Source: Eledone cirrhosa (lineage: Eukaryota). Taken from it: a stretch of DNA of 64,000 bases. Position 1 is the stretch's first letter, and every line of letters starts with the position of its first letter. The stretch is taken from the NCBI GenBank assembly GCA_964016885.1, contig OZ024747.1:15810001-15874000 (forward strand), in the 5' to 3' direction. Under the pieces are notes generated by a model. It had not been told where the DNA came from and did no database searches. It saw nothing but the letters and a program-made list of their open reading frames with translations. The translations under genes were made by a program, and so were the position numbers. Shown one piece after another: positions 45,165 to 57,567 of the stretch.

Positions 45165-45199
45165 TATATATACATATATATATATATATATACATACAT

Positions 45200-45246
<47 letters not shown>

Positions 45247-45253
45247 TATAAAT

Positions 45254-45399
<146 letters not shown>

Positions 45400-45408
45400 T
45401 GCAATTGA

Positions 45409-47003
45409 CTCGTGTATTTTCGCTACGCTAACCAGACCTTCGATATTTTTCTAAGGTTGAGTTATTTTATTTTTATCTGGGTGCCTATTGATAAACACAG
45501 AAAAAGTTGATTAACTCACTGCTAATTAGTTAATTATTTTACTATTATACCATCCTTTGTGAAACATGTTTGAAGTTTGAAGTTCTGACCGATCTGCGGA
45601 AAAAGTTTGTATTTTGAATTTTAAACGTGTCTAGGTACCAAGGCTCTTTGCCCATATGAGTCTGTGAGTATTGATTTATTATTTTCTAGATCGTACAGGC
45701 AGACCTTATGTTGTTGAATTAAGATTTTTCACTCTAGCGATCTTATTAGTCAATTGCAACTATAACATGTAAATGTTCATCAAATATTAATTTATACTGC
45801 TCAGAAGCAATTCCTAGAGCTGAAATGATTGTAAATGACCTCTCTGAGTCTAAACTCTAAGCTATTTATCACTGCTCCCCAAGGTGAGCTGAATTTTGTA
45901 ATCCCATACATACGGCTGTTATTTCTAGCACTATGTGTGGGACGTTAGAGGACTGGAATAAGCCGTGTGCAAAACCTCGTGTATTTTCGCTACGCTAACC
46001 AGACCTTCGATATTTTTCTAAGGTTGAGTTATTTTATTTTTATCTGGGTGCCTATTGATAAACACAGAAAAAGTTGATTAACTCACTGCTAATTAGTTAA
46101 TTATTTTACTATTATACCATCCTTTGTGAAACATGTTTGAAGTTTGAAGTTCTGACCGATCTGCGGAAAAAGTTTGTATTTTGAATTTTAAACGTGTCTA
46201 GGTACCAAGGCTTTTTGCCCATATGAGTCTGTGAGTATTGATTTATTATTTTCTAGATCGTACAGGCAGACCTTATGTTGTTGAATTAAGATTTTTCACT
46301 CTAGCGATCTTATTAGTCAATTGCAACTATAACATGTAAATGTTCATCAAATATTAATTTATACTGCTCAGAAGCAATTCCTAGAGCTGAAATGATTGTA
46401 AATGACCTCTCTGAGTCTAAACTCTAGGCTATTTATCACTGCTCCCCAAGGTGAGCTGAATTTTGTAATCCCATACAAACGGCTGTTATTTATAGCACTA
46501 TGTGTGGGACGTTAGAGGACTGGAATAAGCCGTGTGCAAAACCTCGTGTATTTTCGCTACGCTAACCAGACCTTAGATATTTTTCTAAGGTTGAGTTATT
46601 TTATTTTTATCTGAGTGCCTATTGATAAACACAGAAAAAGTTGATTAACTCACTGCTAATTAGTTAATTATTTTACTATTATACCATCCTTTGTGAAACA
46701 TGTTTGAAGTTTGAAGTTCTGACCGATCTGCGGAAAAAGTTTGTATTTTGAATTTTAAACGTGTCTAGGTACCAAGGCTTTTTGCCCATATGAGTCTGTG
46801 AGTATTGATTTATTATTTTCTAGATCGTACAGGCAGACCTTATGTTGTTGAATTAAGATTTTTCACTCTAGCGATCTTATTAGTCAATTGCAACTATAAC
46901 ATGTAAATGTTCATCAAATATTAATTTATACTGCTCAGAAGCAATTCCTAGAGCTGAAATGATTGTAAATGACCTCTCTGAGTCTAAACTCTAAGCTATT
47001 TAT
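45409..47003. repeat. 567-bp tandem repeat, ~2.8 near-identical copies, inside (TA)n
   Basis: CGTGTATTTTCGCTACG at 45411, 45978 and 46545. Only about six substitutions seen among the copies. Confidence 0.97.
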
Positions 47004-47035
47004 ATATATATATATATATATACACATATATATAT

Positions 47036-47467
47036 AAGTGGTTTCATAACAGTTAGTTTACCATTAGCGGATCCTAAATCCATACTGATGTTGATGAGAC
47101 ACAGCATTGTGTAGGACACGAGGATATAGAGAGCGCTCTCAGGGTAGTAAGCTAAACTCGGACGTGGTGAAGAATCTGCTAAAAGCCAAACTTCTACGTA
47201 GTGAAGAGAATCTGGTGACCGTTGCTGGAAACGTATATAACGGTAGAACACTGGAAGGTAATATCCGTAGTGGTAGAGCACTCAGTCCATGGGACGTTTC
47301 AGGTAGATATGGTTACACAATAGTTAGTTCACCATACCGAGAACAATTGTTTCACCTAAATCCATACTGACGGTGATAAGACACAAAATTGTGTAGGACA
47401 CGAGGATATACAGAGCGCTCTCAGGATAGTAAGCCAAACTCGCACGTGGTGAAGAATGTGCTAAAAA
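47036..47467. repeat. Partial tandem repeat (period ~282 bp) in (TA)n, pLTR-like
   Basis: CCTAAATCCATACTGA...GTGGTGAAGAAT.TGCTAAAA at 47073 and 47355. Confidence 0.75.
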
Positions 47468-47482
47468 TATATATATATATAT

Positions 47483-47941
47483 ATACAATATTAAATAAAT
47501 GGAAACTATATTTATAAAACCATATTTATTTCATTATATATATTTCGGGGATATCATATTAACAATATGCTATGCCTTCCTCAGACAAAATACAATATAA
47601 ACAGTTTTATAGATAAATAGATTCGACATACCGTTATAACACCAACTTCCATTTGAAGAGGTTTAAGCTTAAACCTCTTCAAATGGAAGTCGGTGTTATA
47701 ACGGTATGTCGAATCTATTTATCTATAAAACTGTTTATATTGTATTTTGTCTGAGGAAGGCATAGCATATTGTTAATATGATATCCCCGAAATATATATA
47801 ATGAAATAAATATGGTTTTATAAATATAGTTTCCATTTATTTAATATTGTAAATATACTCCAAATATTTGTCGAGTGCTTTTATATCAGTTATAAATATT
47901 TACTAGTTGTAACCCAACAATTTTTAAATATAACTTTCCAT
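47483..47941. mobile_element. Family A fold-back: spacerless ~370-bp palindrome with two HHRs (47527-47592 -, 47743-47808 +)
   Basis: Centre TTTAAG|CTTAAA at 47667/47668. TATTTTGT CTGAGGA AGGcATAgCATATT-gtt-AATATGaTATcCCC GAAA TATATA TA ATGAAATA. Confidence 0.9.
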
Positions 47942-48946
47942 ATATATATATATATATATATACGTAATCTTGGTATGTTTATATCCATTTATGCTTCTAA
48001 CTTTAATTTTATACCTAATTGTGTATGGTTGACGATATATTTAATCGATTTCCACGTGCTATTGAAATGCTGGGTAAAATTCTATAGCTGTTGATCGCGA
48101 ATAGATGGCTGGCGTTTATTTATCTATTATTTCTTCATAGGTGCCTGTTAATCTTAAAGCCTGGTTTAATTGTTTTTTTGTGGGGCTTATTATGCTGATT
48201 GGGAGAGGAGATGGTGTATATATCTTATCAAATGATTCTATGGACATATTTATTGTATATATACATATATCTGGTCGAGCAATCTTTGAAGTGTGGGGAC
48301 AACTGGAAAGCTTCCATTACTCATACTTCTCGCCTTCTTCACTACCTCTTCTACGGCCTCGATATGAATGCCCCCTCCGCCTCCGTGGTATTTTTTTCGT
48401 GGTTATAGGAGGCTTAGCTCTGTTTCTCGACCGTTATATCGCGTGACTATCTCCCCCTCCGCCTTTTGGGATTCTTTCTCACGTCGTGTAGACGCGTTCT
48501 TGAGACTAGTAAAATGAGGTATCCTCTTGATAAGTCGGCAGACCTCGCAAGGACTCTATATCTTTGATATATTGTTTTTGTTTATGCCACGAAACTACGT
48601 AGTCGAGGAATTTAGGAACAGTTTAGGTATGATACATTTTATTACTAATTATATCTAAATGTTTCTTCTCTCTTCATAATGTATTTTTAACTCTGATACT
48701 GGTTCAGTCTGGTTCAAACTGAATTGGTCTGTCCCAGTCATTCATTGAGCAACATCGGTGAAGTTGGCACCCTTAACTCACAATTGGGTGCGGATGCATT
48801 CATGTATATATGTGTGTGTCCGCATGTATCTGTGTGTTTCTAAATGTATATATATATTTATATATTTATATATATATATATATTTATATATAGATATAAA
48901 TATATATAAATATATATATATATGTATATATATATATATGTATATG

Positions 48947-49068
<122 letters not shown>

Positions 49069-49081
49069 TATACATATATAT

Positions 49082-49641
49082 AAATGAAATAACAGGAGGC
49101 TGGACTGGTGTAAATCCTTGAAAGGTTTATTATAATATGATCATTTCAATGAATCCGGTGATATCATCAGGTATTGGAAAATAACAAAGGAATATGTAAA
49201 GCCATGGGTCCGAAAAACCATGGGTCCGAGAAACCAGAGACAGAGAAGGCGGCTGACCAACTAGCTTCACAGACAGCGGCCCTCAAAGTGTTGGCAACTG
49301 AAAACTACCAGTGAATATCTGGTAAGGGGACGCAGGCCTATCATGTTATACCACCACTCCGTCAAAGAAGAAGGGGAAGACATTTTCCAATACCTGATGA
49401 TATCACCGGATTCGTATGGAACCCAGTCATTGAAATGATCATAGTATAATAAACCTTTCAAGGATTTACACCAGTCGAGCCTCCTGTTATTTCATTTCTA
49501 ATTAACTCCGTATACGCACCACCAACTACACAAACGAAGATGGGTGAACTGCACTACGTTGAGTACTCTTCACAATATTACACCAGGATTGACCATACGG
49601 AATGACCAGTTCTATCCAGTGGTGAACCAACAAACCTTAAG

Positions 49642-49643
<2 letters not shown>
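49082..49643. mobile_element. pLTR fold-back with HHR at 49390-49447 (+)
   Basis: Arms 49082-49182 and 49382-49497. ATAC CTGATGA...GAAA TGATCA TA GTAT, with palindromic stem III and weak stem II. Confidence 0.8.
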
Positions 49644-49690
<47 letters not shown>

Positions 49691-50769
49691 GGTGTGTGTG
49701 TGTGTGTGTATGTGTATATTTATACAGGGTGTCCCTAGAAAATATTAACACATATCTCTCATATAATGCTGTTGCAGTGTGTATACATTTATTTTGGACA
49801 ACCTCTCTTTCTCTTTCTCTCTCTCTATATATATATATTTATATACATGCACACACACATACATACGTACCTGCATACATACATACGTGGATATATGTGT
49901 GTATAAACACATTGAAAAGCGAAGGTAAGAGACAGAACATAACACAGATATATACGTAAATAGAGAGAAAGACAGAGTTTAGGTTAGCCAAAATGATAGA
50001 CGTGGTTAATCCACATTATTTTACAATAAATTAAACATTGGACTGAAGATTTTCATTTTATTTTTATTCTAATGTAAACAATGCTATACAAAGAGAAATA
50101 ATTATAACAATATAGTTATTGTTTAATAAAACATCGTCTATTTTCTCATGTCTCATTTTGTATCAAGTATTCTATACAATATTTTGAAAAATGATATCAT
50201 TGTCATGTTCAGCTTCAATTCTTAGGGTTGTATTTTTTAGCATTGCTTTATATATTTATTCTTTTTTGTATTTATTTGCTGTTGCATTGTTTGTTTTTCT
50301 ATATATTCAGTTGTATCTTCTCTTCTTAGAGCTTCTTTTGCTTGTTGCTTTTATCAAAACAACATTATTTAAATATATTTCTACGTTTCGTTTCTGCAAT
50401 CCTCCCATAACAAGTAAAACTACTGAAATTGTGATTACAATGGTTTTCTGTCTGTAGCTTATCTAATGATTCTTTGACAACGAAAGAATTATATCATCTT
50501 CAAGTGAAAGTCGACAAATTTGAAAAGCAGTCGGAGAGGTATTTATGAAGACATTTTGATTCATTAAATCCTTCTGTCAAACATAACATGTCACTTTTAA
50601 GTGAAAGGACAGCAAAGTGAACACCGATTTTCTTATTAGCACGAAGCGTAGAAATGGCTATGTCAACATTAAGAAGATAACATTGACCAATGTCAAGTTT
50701 TGTACTGAAATTCAAATATATGATGATAGTAAAATAATATAAATACACCAGTTTACATATATAGTGTGT

Positions 50770-50990
50770 CTGCTCTTTGAGTTCAAATCCCGCCAAGTTC
50801 AACTTTGCCTTTCATCCTTTCGAGGTCGATAAAATGTACAAGTCTAGTACTAGGGACGATTCATCCCCTCTCTGAAAGAAAATCTGCTGTACTCAGACCT
50901 GGAGTGTGATGGTCCCCGCCAGGCTTAAAATCCCCAAGAAACGTTGTATGTCAATACGGCGACCCTACGACTCTATCAGGAGTGACGAGA
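50770..50990 (+). mobile_element. SINE, 5'-truncated, long-tail subfamily
   Basis: GAGTTCAAATCCCGCCAAGTTCAACTTTGCCTTTCATCC. Confidence 0.7.
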
Positions 50991-51006
50991 CTATGCATAC
51001 CATATA

Positions 51007-51062
<56 letters not shown>

Positions 51063-51065
<3 letters not shown>

Positions 51066-51790
51066 TCATTAGTTAAGCAAATCAAGACCACAAATTCACC
51101 TGGAAGACGTTAGTTAAAAAGTGTCAACATAGTCGCATTTTAATGTAAGGAATAAAGAGTGTCAACATTAATTGCATTTTAATGTAAGGAAAAATAATGT
51201 CTGTTTACAATTGTTTCACTACTCCATATAATGTTTCTGTATCAATCGATTATTAGATCGTTATTGATCTGGTTAAGAGAAAGATAAGTAACTTAAGTAA
51301 TATTATGGAGCAGTTCTTCAGAAGGTCAGATGAGATAATGAAAATATTGATATAGATAAAATGGAATAAGAAATATAAAATAAAATAAAGTAAGAGGGTT
51401 ACGTGTTCGTAAGTTACTTATTAAGTTACTTATCTTTCTCTGAACCAGATCAATAACGATCTAATAATCGATTGATCCATAAACATTATATGGAGTAGTG
51501 AAACAATTGTAAACCGACATTATTATTCCTTACATTAAAATGCAACTATGTTGACACTCTTTAACTAACGTGTTCCAGGTGATTTTTTGGTCTTGATTTG
51601 CTTAACTAATGAATATTTCCAGCTCTGTGCACCTAATCTCTGCATGAACCCAGTTCTCTAGCTGCTTCCCACTGCATATTGCACATTGAGCACATGCCTT
51701 TACGCATTTGGCTTCTAATAGCTTCACCAATCTCTTCTTTCCTATCTCCATTTCTCTATTTAAGATTGGTTTACTCTTGAACTGTGAATA
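51063..51790. mobile_element. pLTR fold-back with long-loop HHR at ~51200-51329 (-)
   Basis: Arms 51063-51297 and 51421-51616. CTGAAGA ACTGCTCCAT-(~77 nt)-ATGGAGTAGT GAAA CAATTG TA. Confidence 0.8.
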
Positions 51791-51816
51791 TATATATATA
51801 TATATGTGTGTAAGCA

Positions 51817-51871
<55 letters not shown>

Positions 51872-52838
51872 TTTCCCAACGTTACTATCACTTATTTAAA
51901 CCTATTCGTCACTGAGAGGTCGAAATCTGGCAATTCTAATTTTAGCTAGATATCTAATCATTGAGCATTGCTGTAATAGTTACATCTCTTTGGCGAGACA
52001 GCTGTTTAATCCTACAACGACATTAGTGTCGAAGATAAGATGCAAGGCGTTTAAGATCTTTTATGATAGACAGAAAATAGCCACAAATAAACAAACACAA
52101 GCAACAAACTAACAAACGAAACAACCTCAAAAACAAAAATTGAAACAAAAAATAAATTCAAGAAAGAAACACGAAATATATCGTTCTTCAGGACGACAAT
52201 TAACGCATCTCGTATAATATAAAATCGTAGGACAGATACGTGTGTGTGTGTGTATATATTTTTCTTTTATATTTCTAGATCATTCTTAGGGTATATTTTT
52301 TTTTTAATTATTCATTTAATTTGTTTGCATTCGTTGTTTTGTTGCTGTTTTATTTTTTCTAGCATCATCAAACCTAAGCCTCGGCTTTCTGAGACCTTAC
52401 TCACTAACAAACAACTCTACGTTTTCGAGGTAATAACCAATGAGCAATAAAAGAACACAACAAAGGAATTTCCTTCAGTGGACATTAAATTAAAAGAATA
52501 TATAAGGGTAAAATATGAGGTTAAGAGGATTTACACGAAAAATAACAAGAAATAAAACGAGAAGATAAAACAAGAAATTAGCTCTAGGCCTTATATATTT
52601 CCATGGATTCCCTTTTGGAAGATTGTTTCTTAAGCCACTAATTAGAGCGGAAAACAAAAGTACGGGCATCAGGAATGTAACACGGAGCGGGGTTTTGCCA
52701 TCACCTTATTATATGATACATGCATAGGTGCCAGCAATGAGATATGTGTTGTTAAATTCGCATGAAACTGTAAAGTGGCACCACGGAATATATAGAAACC
52801 ATCGTTAAATATGTTCACACATACAGGCACGAAAACAA

Positions 52839-52920
<82 letters not shown>

Positions 52921-53254
52921 TCTTGTTCGCAAGCATACACAAACATGTATATATACTTAAAAACAACGTACATATGCACACAGAAGCAAAATTATAAGCA
53001 CATGCCCATTCACACATTCAATAAAATATATACACGAGGCTAGTGTGGTTTATTGGAAAAGAAATATCGAAAACATAGGAATAGCGTGATTACTTAACTC
53101 TAGCGCTAACGAAAATTGAAGAAAACGTGAAAGAGCGAAAGAGAAAAATACATACACTCAGATACACAAACACAGACATTGACACACATACACACACTTA
53201 TACACATTTTACATACATACATATATATATAGCTGCTTTCACCCTTATATCAGA

Positions 53255-53537
53255 GCTGTATGGGAGCATCCCAAAAGTCAGCTCAAAAGTGACACAGAGG
53301 AGACTGAGGTTAGCTGGACATGCTCACCGACATCCAGAGTTGACATTGCACTCAGTGCTCCTTTGGGAGCCCCTACATGGACACACTAGAAGAGGAAGAC
53401 CAAGGTTAACGTATGTTGATGCCCTAAGGACAGACACTGGTCTGTTGGAGACGCAGGATATGGCAGCGATAATGAGGGACAGAGACCGCTGGAGAGAACT
53501 CGTCCATGGATCTCGGGAATTTTACCCGACTTAGATG

Positions 53538-53540
<3 letters not shown>
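53255..53540 (+). mobile_element. RTE-like LINE 3' fragment
   Basis: ELYGSIPKVSSKVTQRRLRLAGHAHRH...RDRWRELV, nearly identical to the 32362 copy. Confidence 0.88.
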
Positions 53541-53569
<29 letters not shown>

Positions 53570-53932
53570 AAAATAAATTAAGGGTGTCATGTCTGAGAGA
53601 TATGCACCATATCCACTGGAGAATAAGCTCAAAGATTCCAATGTATAGATCAGAGCATTTTATATATCAACTAGAAATTGATTGACATATATATATAAAA
53701 TAAACATATCAAACAATCACAGGGAATAATTTGTAAACAGTGTAAGCACACACAGCTAAGCTAGGTAGGTAACTAATTAAAGTTTTAAATATAGATACCT
53801 TTTAAAATGATTAATCTCCTTTGTATATATTTCATTAAATATATTTCACCATTAATCGATATATCACAGTAGTCAAATCCCGTATGTTCACCAAAGGAGA
53901 AGATCTAACTATCTGTGTTTACACATCAAATG

Positions 53933-54312
<380 letters not shown>

Positions 54313-54317
<5 letters not shown>

Positions 54318-56012
54318 AATATCTTTAAGTCATTTAGAAGCGTCGACAATGCAAATGGGTAAATCTCCGGGTAACAAGATCCGGTGGTGGAGAGAGAGAT
54401 GTAAGTGGGTGTACGTTGAGATGCGTGCATGTATAAGACGTGTAGAAGAATGAAGGAAAGAGTATAAAGGATAAAATAAAAATAACAACATGAGCGAGAG
54501 TTACCTTGGGAGAGATTTAATTGTCCCTATATATTTCGGATTCATATCCATCAACTGGAGTTTTTTTCCAAGGTGGGGGAAAGGTTGTCTGTCAGAAAGG
54601 TGCGAAACGTGTCCTCCGCTGTTTGTTGTTTTGAATATCTGAGGTATTCAGCAGAGCGCGCGTGCGCGTTAAATGGGGTCGGTCGGGCAGAGGTCAGCGG
54701 CCGAAGTAGTTCTTTCAATTGTGGGAGTGGTGTGGCGCTAGCTGTCAGTCCATTATCTGCCTGTTTGTTAAATGTTACTGTGTGTGTGCGTGTGTTGTTG
54801 TCTCGCTTGAGTGTGTGTTTGTGTGTGTGCGTGTGCGTGTGTAGTTGTCTCGCTTGTGTGTGTGTGTGTGTGCGTGTGTTGCTGCATCGTTTGTTAACTT
54901 AAAGCAACCACCTCATCATTTCGCTTCTCTCGGATCGATTGTTTATTTGCGGTTCCAGGCGTTTGATAAAAAGTGCTTCCTTGATACGTAACGTGCCAAC
55001 ATTTCTTTCAGTCGCTAGAATTGTGACAATGGGCCTTCCGTCTTTGTTTCCGCATTTGTCTATGTGTTTCCGGAAAGATGAGGCTCTGGTTTTAGTGTGT
55101 TCCTTGATCCGGATGTGCAAATGTCGGATTGTGCTACCTATATAGTATTGGTTGCACCTGTCACATTCTATCTTATACACGACGTATGTGCGTAGGCAAC
55201 AGTTCGCATGGCGTATCGGGCAGTCTCTGAGGGAGCACGCGTCAGTTGATTTCCCGGGTTTCCTGGAGAGGCATCTTCGCAGGGAGGGGCCCGAGTGGGC
55301 CAGGTGGATGTCGAGGCCCTCCCTCCGTATAGCCTTGCGGATAGCGTTGGTGGTATTCTCGCCCAGGTGTGGCATTTTAAGGAAGCACTTGCCTTGGGTG
55401 CCTCTCTGTCTCTTGTGTCTGGTGTCTCCTACTTTGTCTGTGAGCGAGGTAGGGTACCCGTTCGTCTCCAGCACCTCGAGGAATCGCTTGGTATGAGTGA
55501 CACCACTCGCGGGATCGCTGCATCTGTTTTTGATTCGCGCGATCTCGTTCGTGATGTATCCTCTTTTGCAATGTTAGGGAGGGCGGACTTGTAGTGAACG
55601 AACAGGGCCCTGCAGGCTGCCTTTCGGTAGAATTTGCAGTGGATCCTACCCTGAAAACATACAAACAACGGAGGACACGTTTCGCACCTTTCCGACAGAG
55701 AACGTTTCCCCCACCCCGGAAAAAACCCTTTGATGGATGTGAATCCGAAATATATAGGGACAATTAAATCTCTCCCAAGGTAACTCTCTCTCGTGTTGTT
55801 ATTTTTATTTTATCATTTATACTCTTTCCTTCATTCTTCTACACGTCTTATAGACACCACGCATCTCAAGGTACACCTACGTATATCTTTCTCTCCACCA
55901 CCGGATCTTGTTACCCGGAGATTTACCCATTTGCATTGTCGAGGCTTCCAAATGACTTAAAGTTATTTACCTATTATTCCACAATGCTTCAAGCAAACTT
56001 CAATACTCTCGT
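54313..56012 (-). mobile_element. Penelope-like element, 5'-truncated, with inverted ~330-bp pLTRs
   Basis: Thumb FYRKAACRALFVHYKSALP and GIY-YIG VVYKIECDRCNQYYIGST...RIKEH (ORF 54899..55474). 54315-54632 is inverted at 55654-55970. Degenerate HHR (GGAT..GAATCC GAAA TATA TA GGG). Confidence 0.9.
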
Positions 56013-56034
56013 ATATATATATATATATATATAT

Positions 56035-57400
56035 ATTAGAATTGGTGCTCTGAAATAGCGATATATATATGAATGTATATATAGTGCATTTTTGAATATA
56101 TTGTATGCTTAATTAGAAGAATTTTGAAGACCTTACGCTATTGTTTTAAATAGTGACTACTAGCTGACGTACCAAGCTTCGCCTGGGTAAACAGATGATA
56201 AGAGAAGACAGGTAAAAGAAAAAATGACTGTATTGGATATTTGTCTGGTTACAGTATGAGGCGAGTCCGTGGTGTCTGTGTGGTACCAAAACACAGTAAA
56301 AAAAATCTTCCAGATATACCAGATTCTTGGTTGTACCGTTTGTGCATAGTATATGAACAATTCTAGGTGCTCCCACCTAGAATAGTGACCTATAGGAGAT
56401 GGTTCATCTTCTGCCTGACTGTAAAACGTGTATCATTGCATAGACGTGGTTGTTCCACGTTTCTCAAAAGGATGATGGAAGTTCCAATCTTTTATATTAT
56501 ATGTAGATATAGATATAGATAATTAATATAAAAGATGATGCTCAGCCAGTTCCTCTTCAACCATCGCAGCACGCCGTTGCCCGCTTGGCTCCAGTGTTTC
56601 GTTGGCGTTGTTCAGCCATCTCCTCTTCATTCATGGCGGCACGTCTTCGGCTCTGAAGTTTGGCGTTCCGATGGCGATGTTCGGCCCGTTTTTCTTCATT
56701 CCTGGCTGCACGCCGTCGGCGCTGTAGTTCACTGTTTGATAAAGTCGAATTGATTTTATTATCAGTATTCATTTCGCGCAATTGTGAAAAAATGACACAA
56801 TAATAAATATAAAAGATGCCCGTCAATGTAAAAAAAAGGACCCTATTTACTTCCTTCACAACTCTGTGTATGTTAGACTAGCAGACAGGCACACAGATAG
56901 ATAAACTGCGTGGCGATTGTGGAACGCCGCACGTACACACATATATACGCATGGAAACGCGCACACGCACGCAAACTTATGCACGCACCCGTTCACTGGA
57001 AAGCAATAACTATTAACATGTGGGCGTGTGTATGTATGCGCGCGTATGTCTATGTGTGAGTGCGTGCGTTCAGCGTTCCACAGAAAGTAACAAATTATCA
57101 ACATGTGTGAGTGTGTACGTGTGTGTAAGTGAACGGGTTCGTGCGTAAGTTTGCGTGCGTGTGCGCGTTTCCATGCGTGTATGTGTGTGTCCGTGCGGCG
57201 TTCCACAATCTCCACGCAGTTTGTCTGTCTGTGTGCCTGTTTGTTAGTCTAACATAAGCTTATCTCCCTTTGTTTGCTGAAAAAAGAAGTAAGTGACATA
57301 GTCACTACTTTAAAACAATAGCGTAAGGTCTTCAAAATGCTTTTAATTAAGCATACAGTGTATTGCAAAATACACTATATATACATTCATGTACATATAT
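56035..57400. mobile_element. Family G inverted pLTR arms (56035-56159 and 57257-57400) enclosing a Helitron remnant and a second hairpin (56869-56997 / 57128-57256)
   Basis: Directly visible inverted matches and homology to 505-950. Confidence 0.72.
56160..56860 (-). mobile_element. Internally deleted Helitron (Rep-Hel remnants)
   Basis: PIF1-type motif GTSIILLRNVEQPRLCNDTRFTV (~56415-56485), C-terminus SRVGAPRIVHILCTNGTTKNLVY, R/E-rich N-terminal-like repeats (56557..56859), and terminal hairpin plus CTAG|T at 56160. Confidence 0.85.
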
Positions 57401-57404
57401 ATAT

Positions 57405-57532
57405 AGGAAAAATTTTAACGTCGACGGCAGAGCTCAAGCCGTTAAGTTTTTTACTATTACCCACTCTACTACCCTAAGTATTGGGTACTCTGGTGCGTTA
57501 TGGTCCATCTGGTTCCTTAACACACTTCCTTC

Positions 57533-57536
<4 letters not shown>
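57405..57536 (+). mobile_element. pLTR family H7 fragment
   Basis: CTATTACCCACTCTACTACCCTAAGTATTG... tail with an inverted GACGGC.GAGCTCAAGCCGT remnant. Confidence 0.75.

Positions 57537-57564
<28 letters not shown>

Positions 57565-57567
<3 letters not shown>

Noticed and set aside
47965-48660. LINE ORF1-like remnant on the minus strand
   Set aside because: Only short open stretches with no recognisable motif.
51602-51817. KPILNREME as a GIY-YIG C-terminus
   Set aside because: Too short, antisense to the HHR-defined orientation of that arm, and with no upstream EN motifs.
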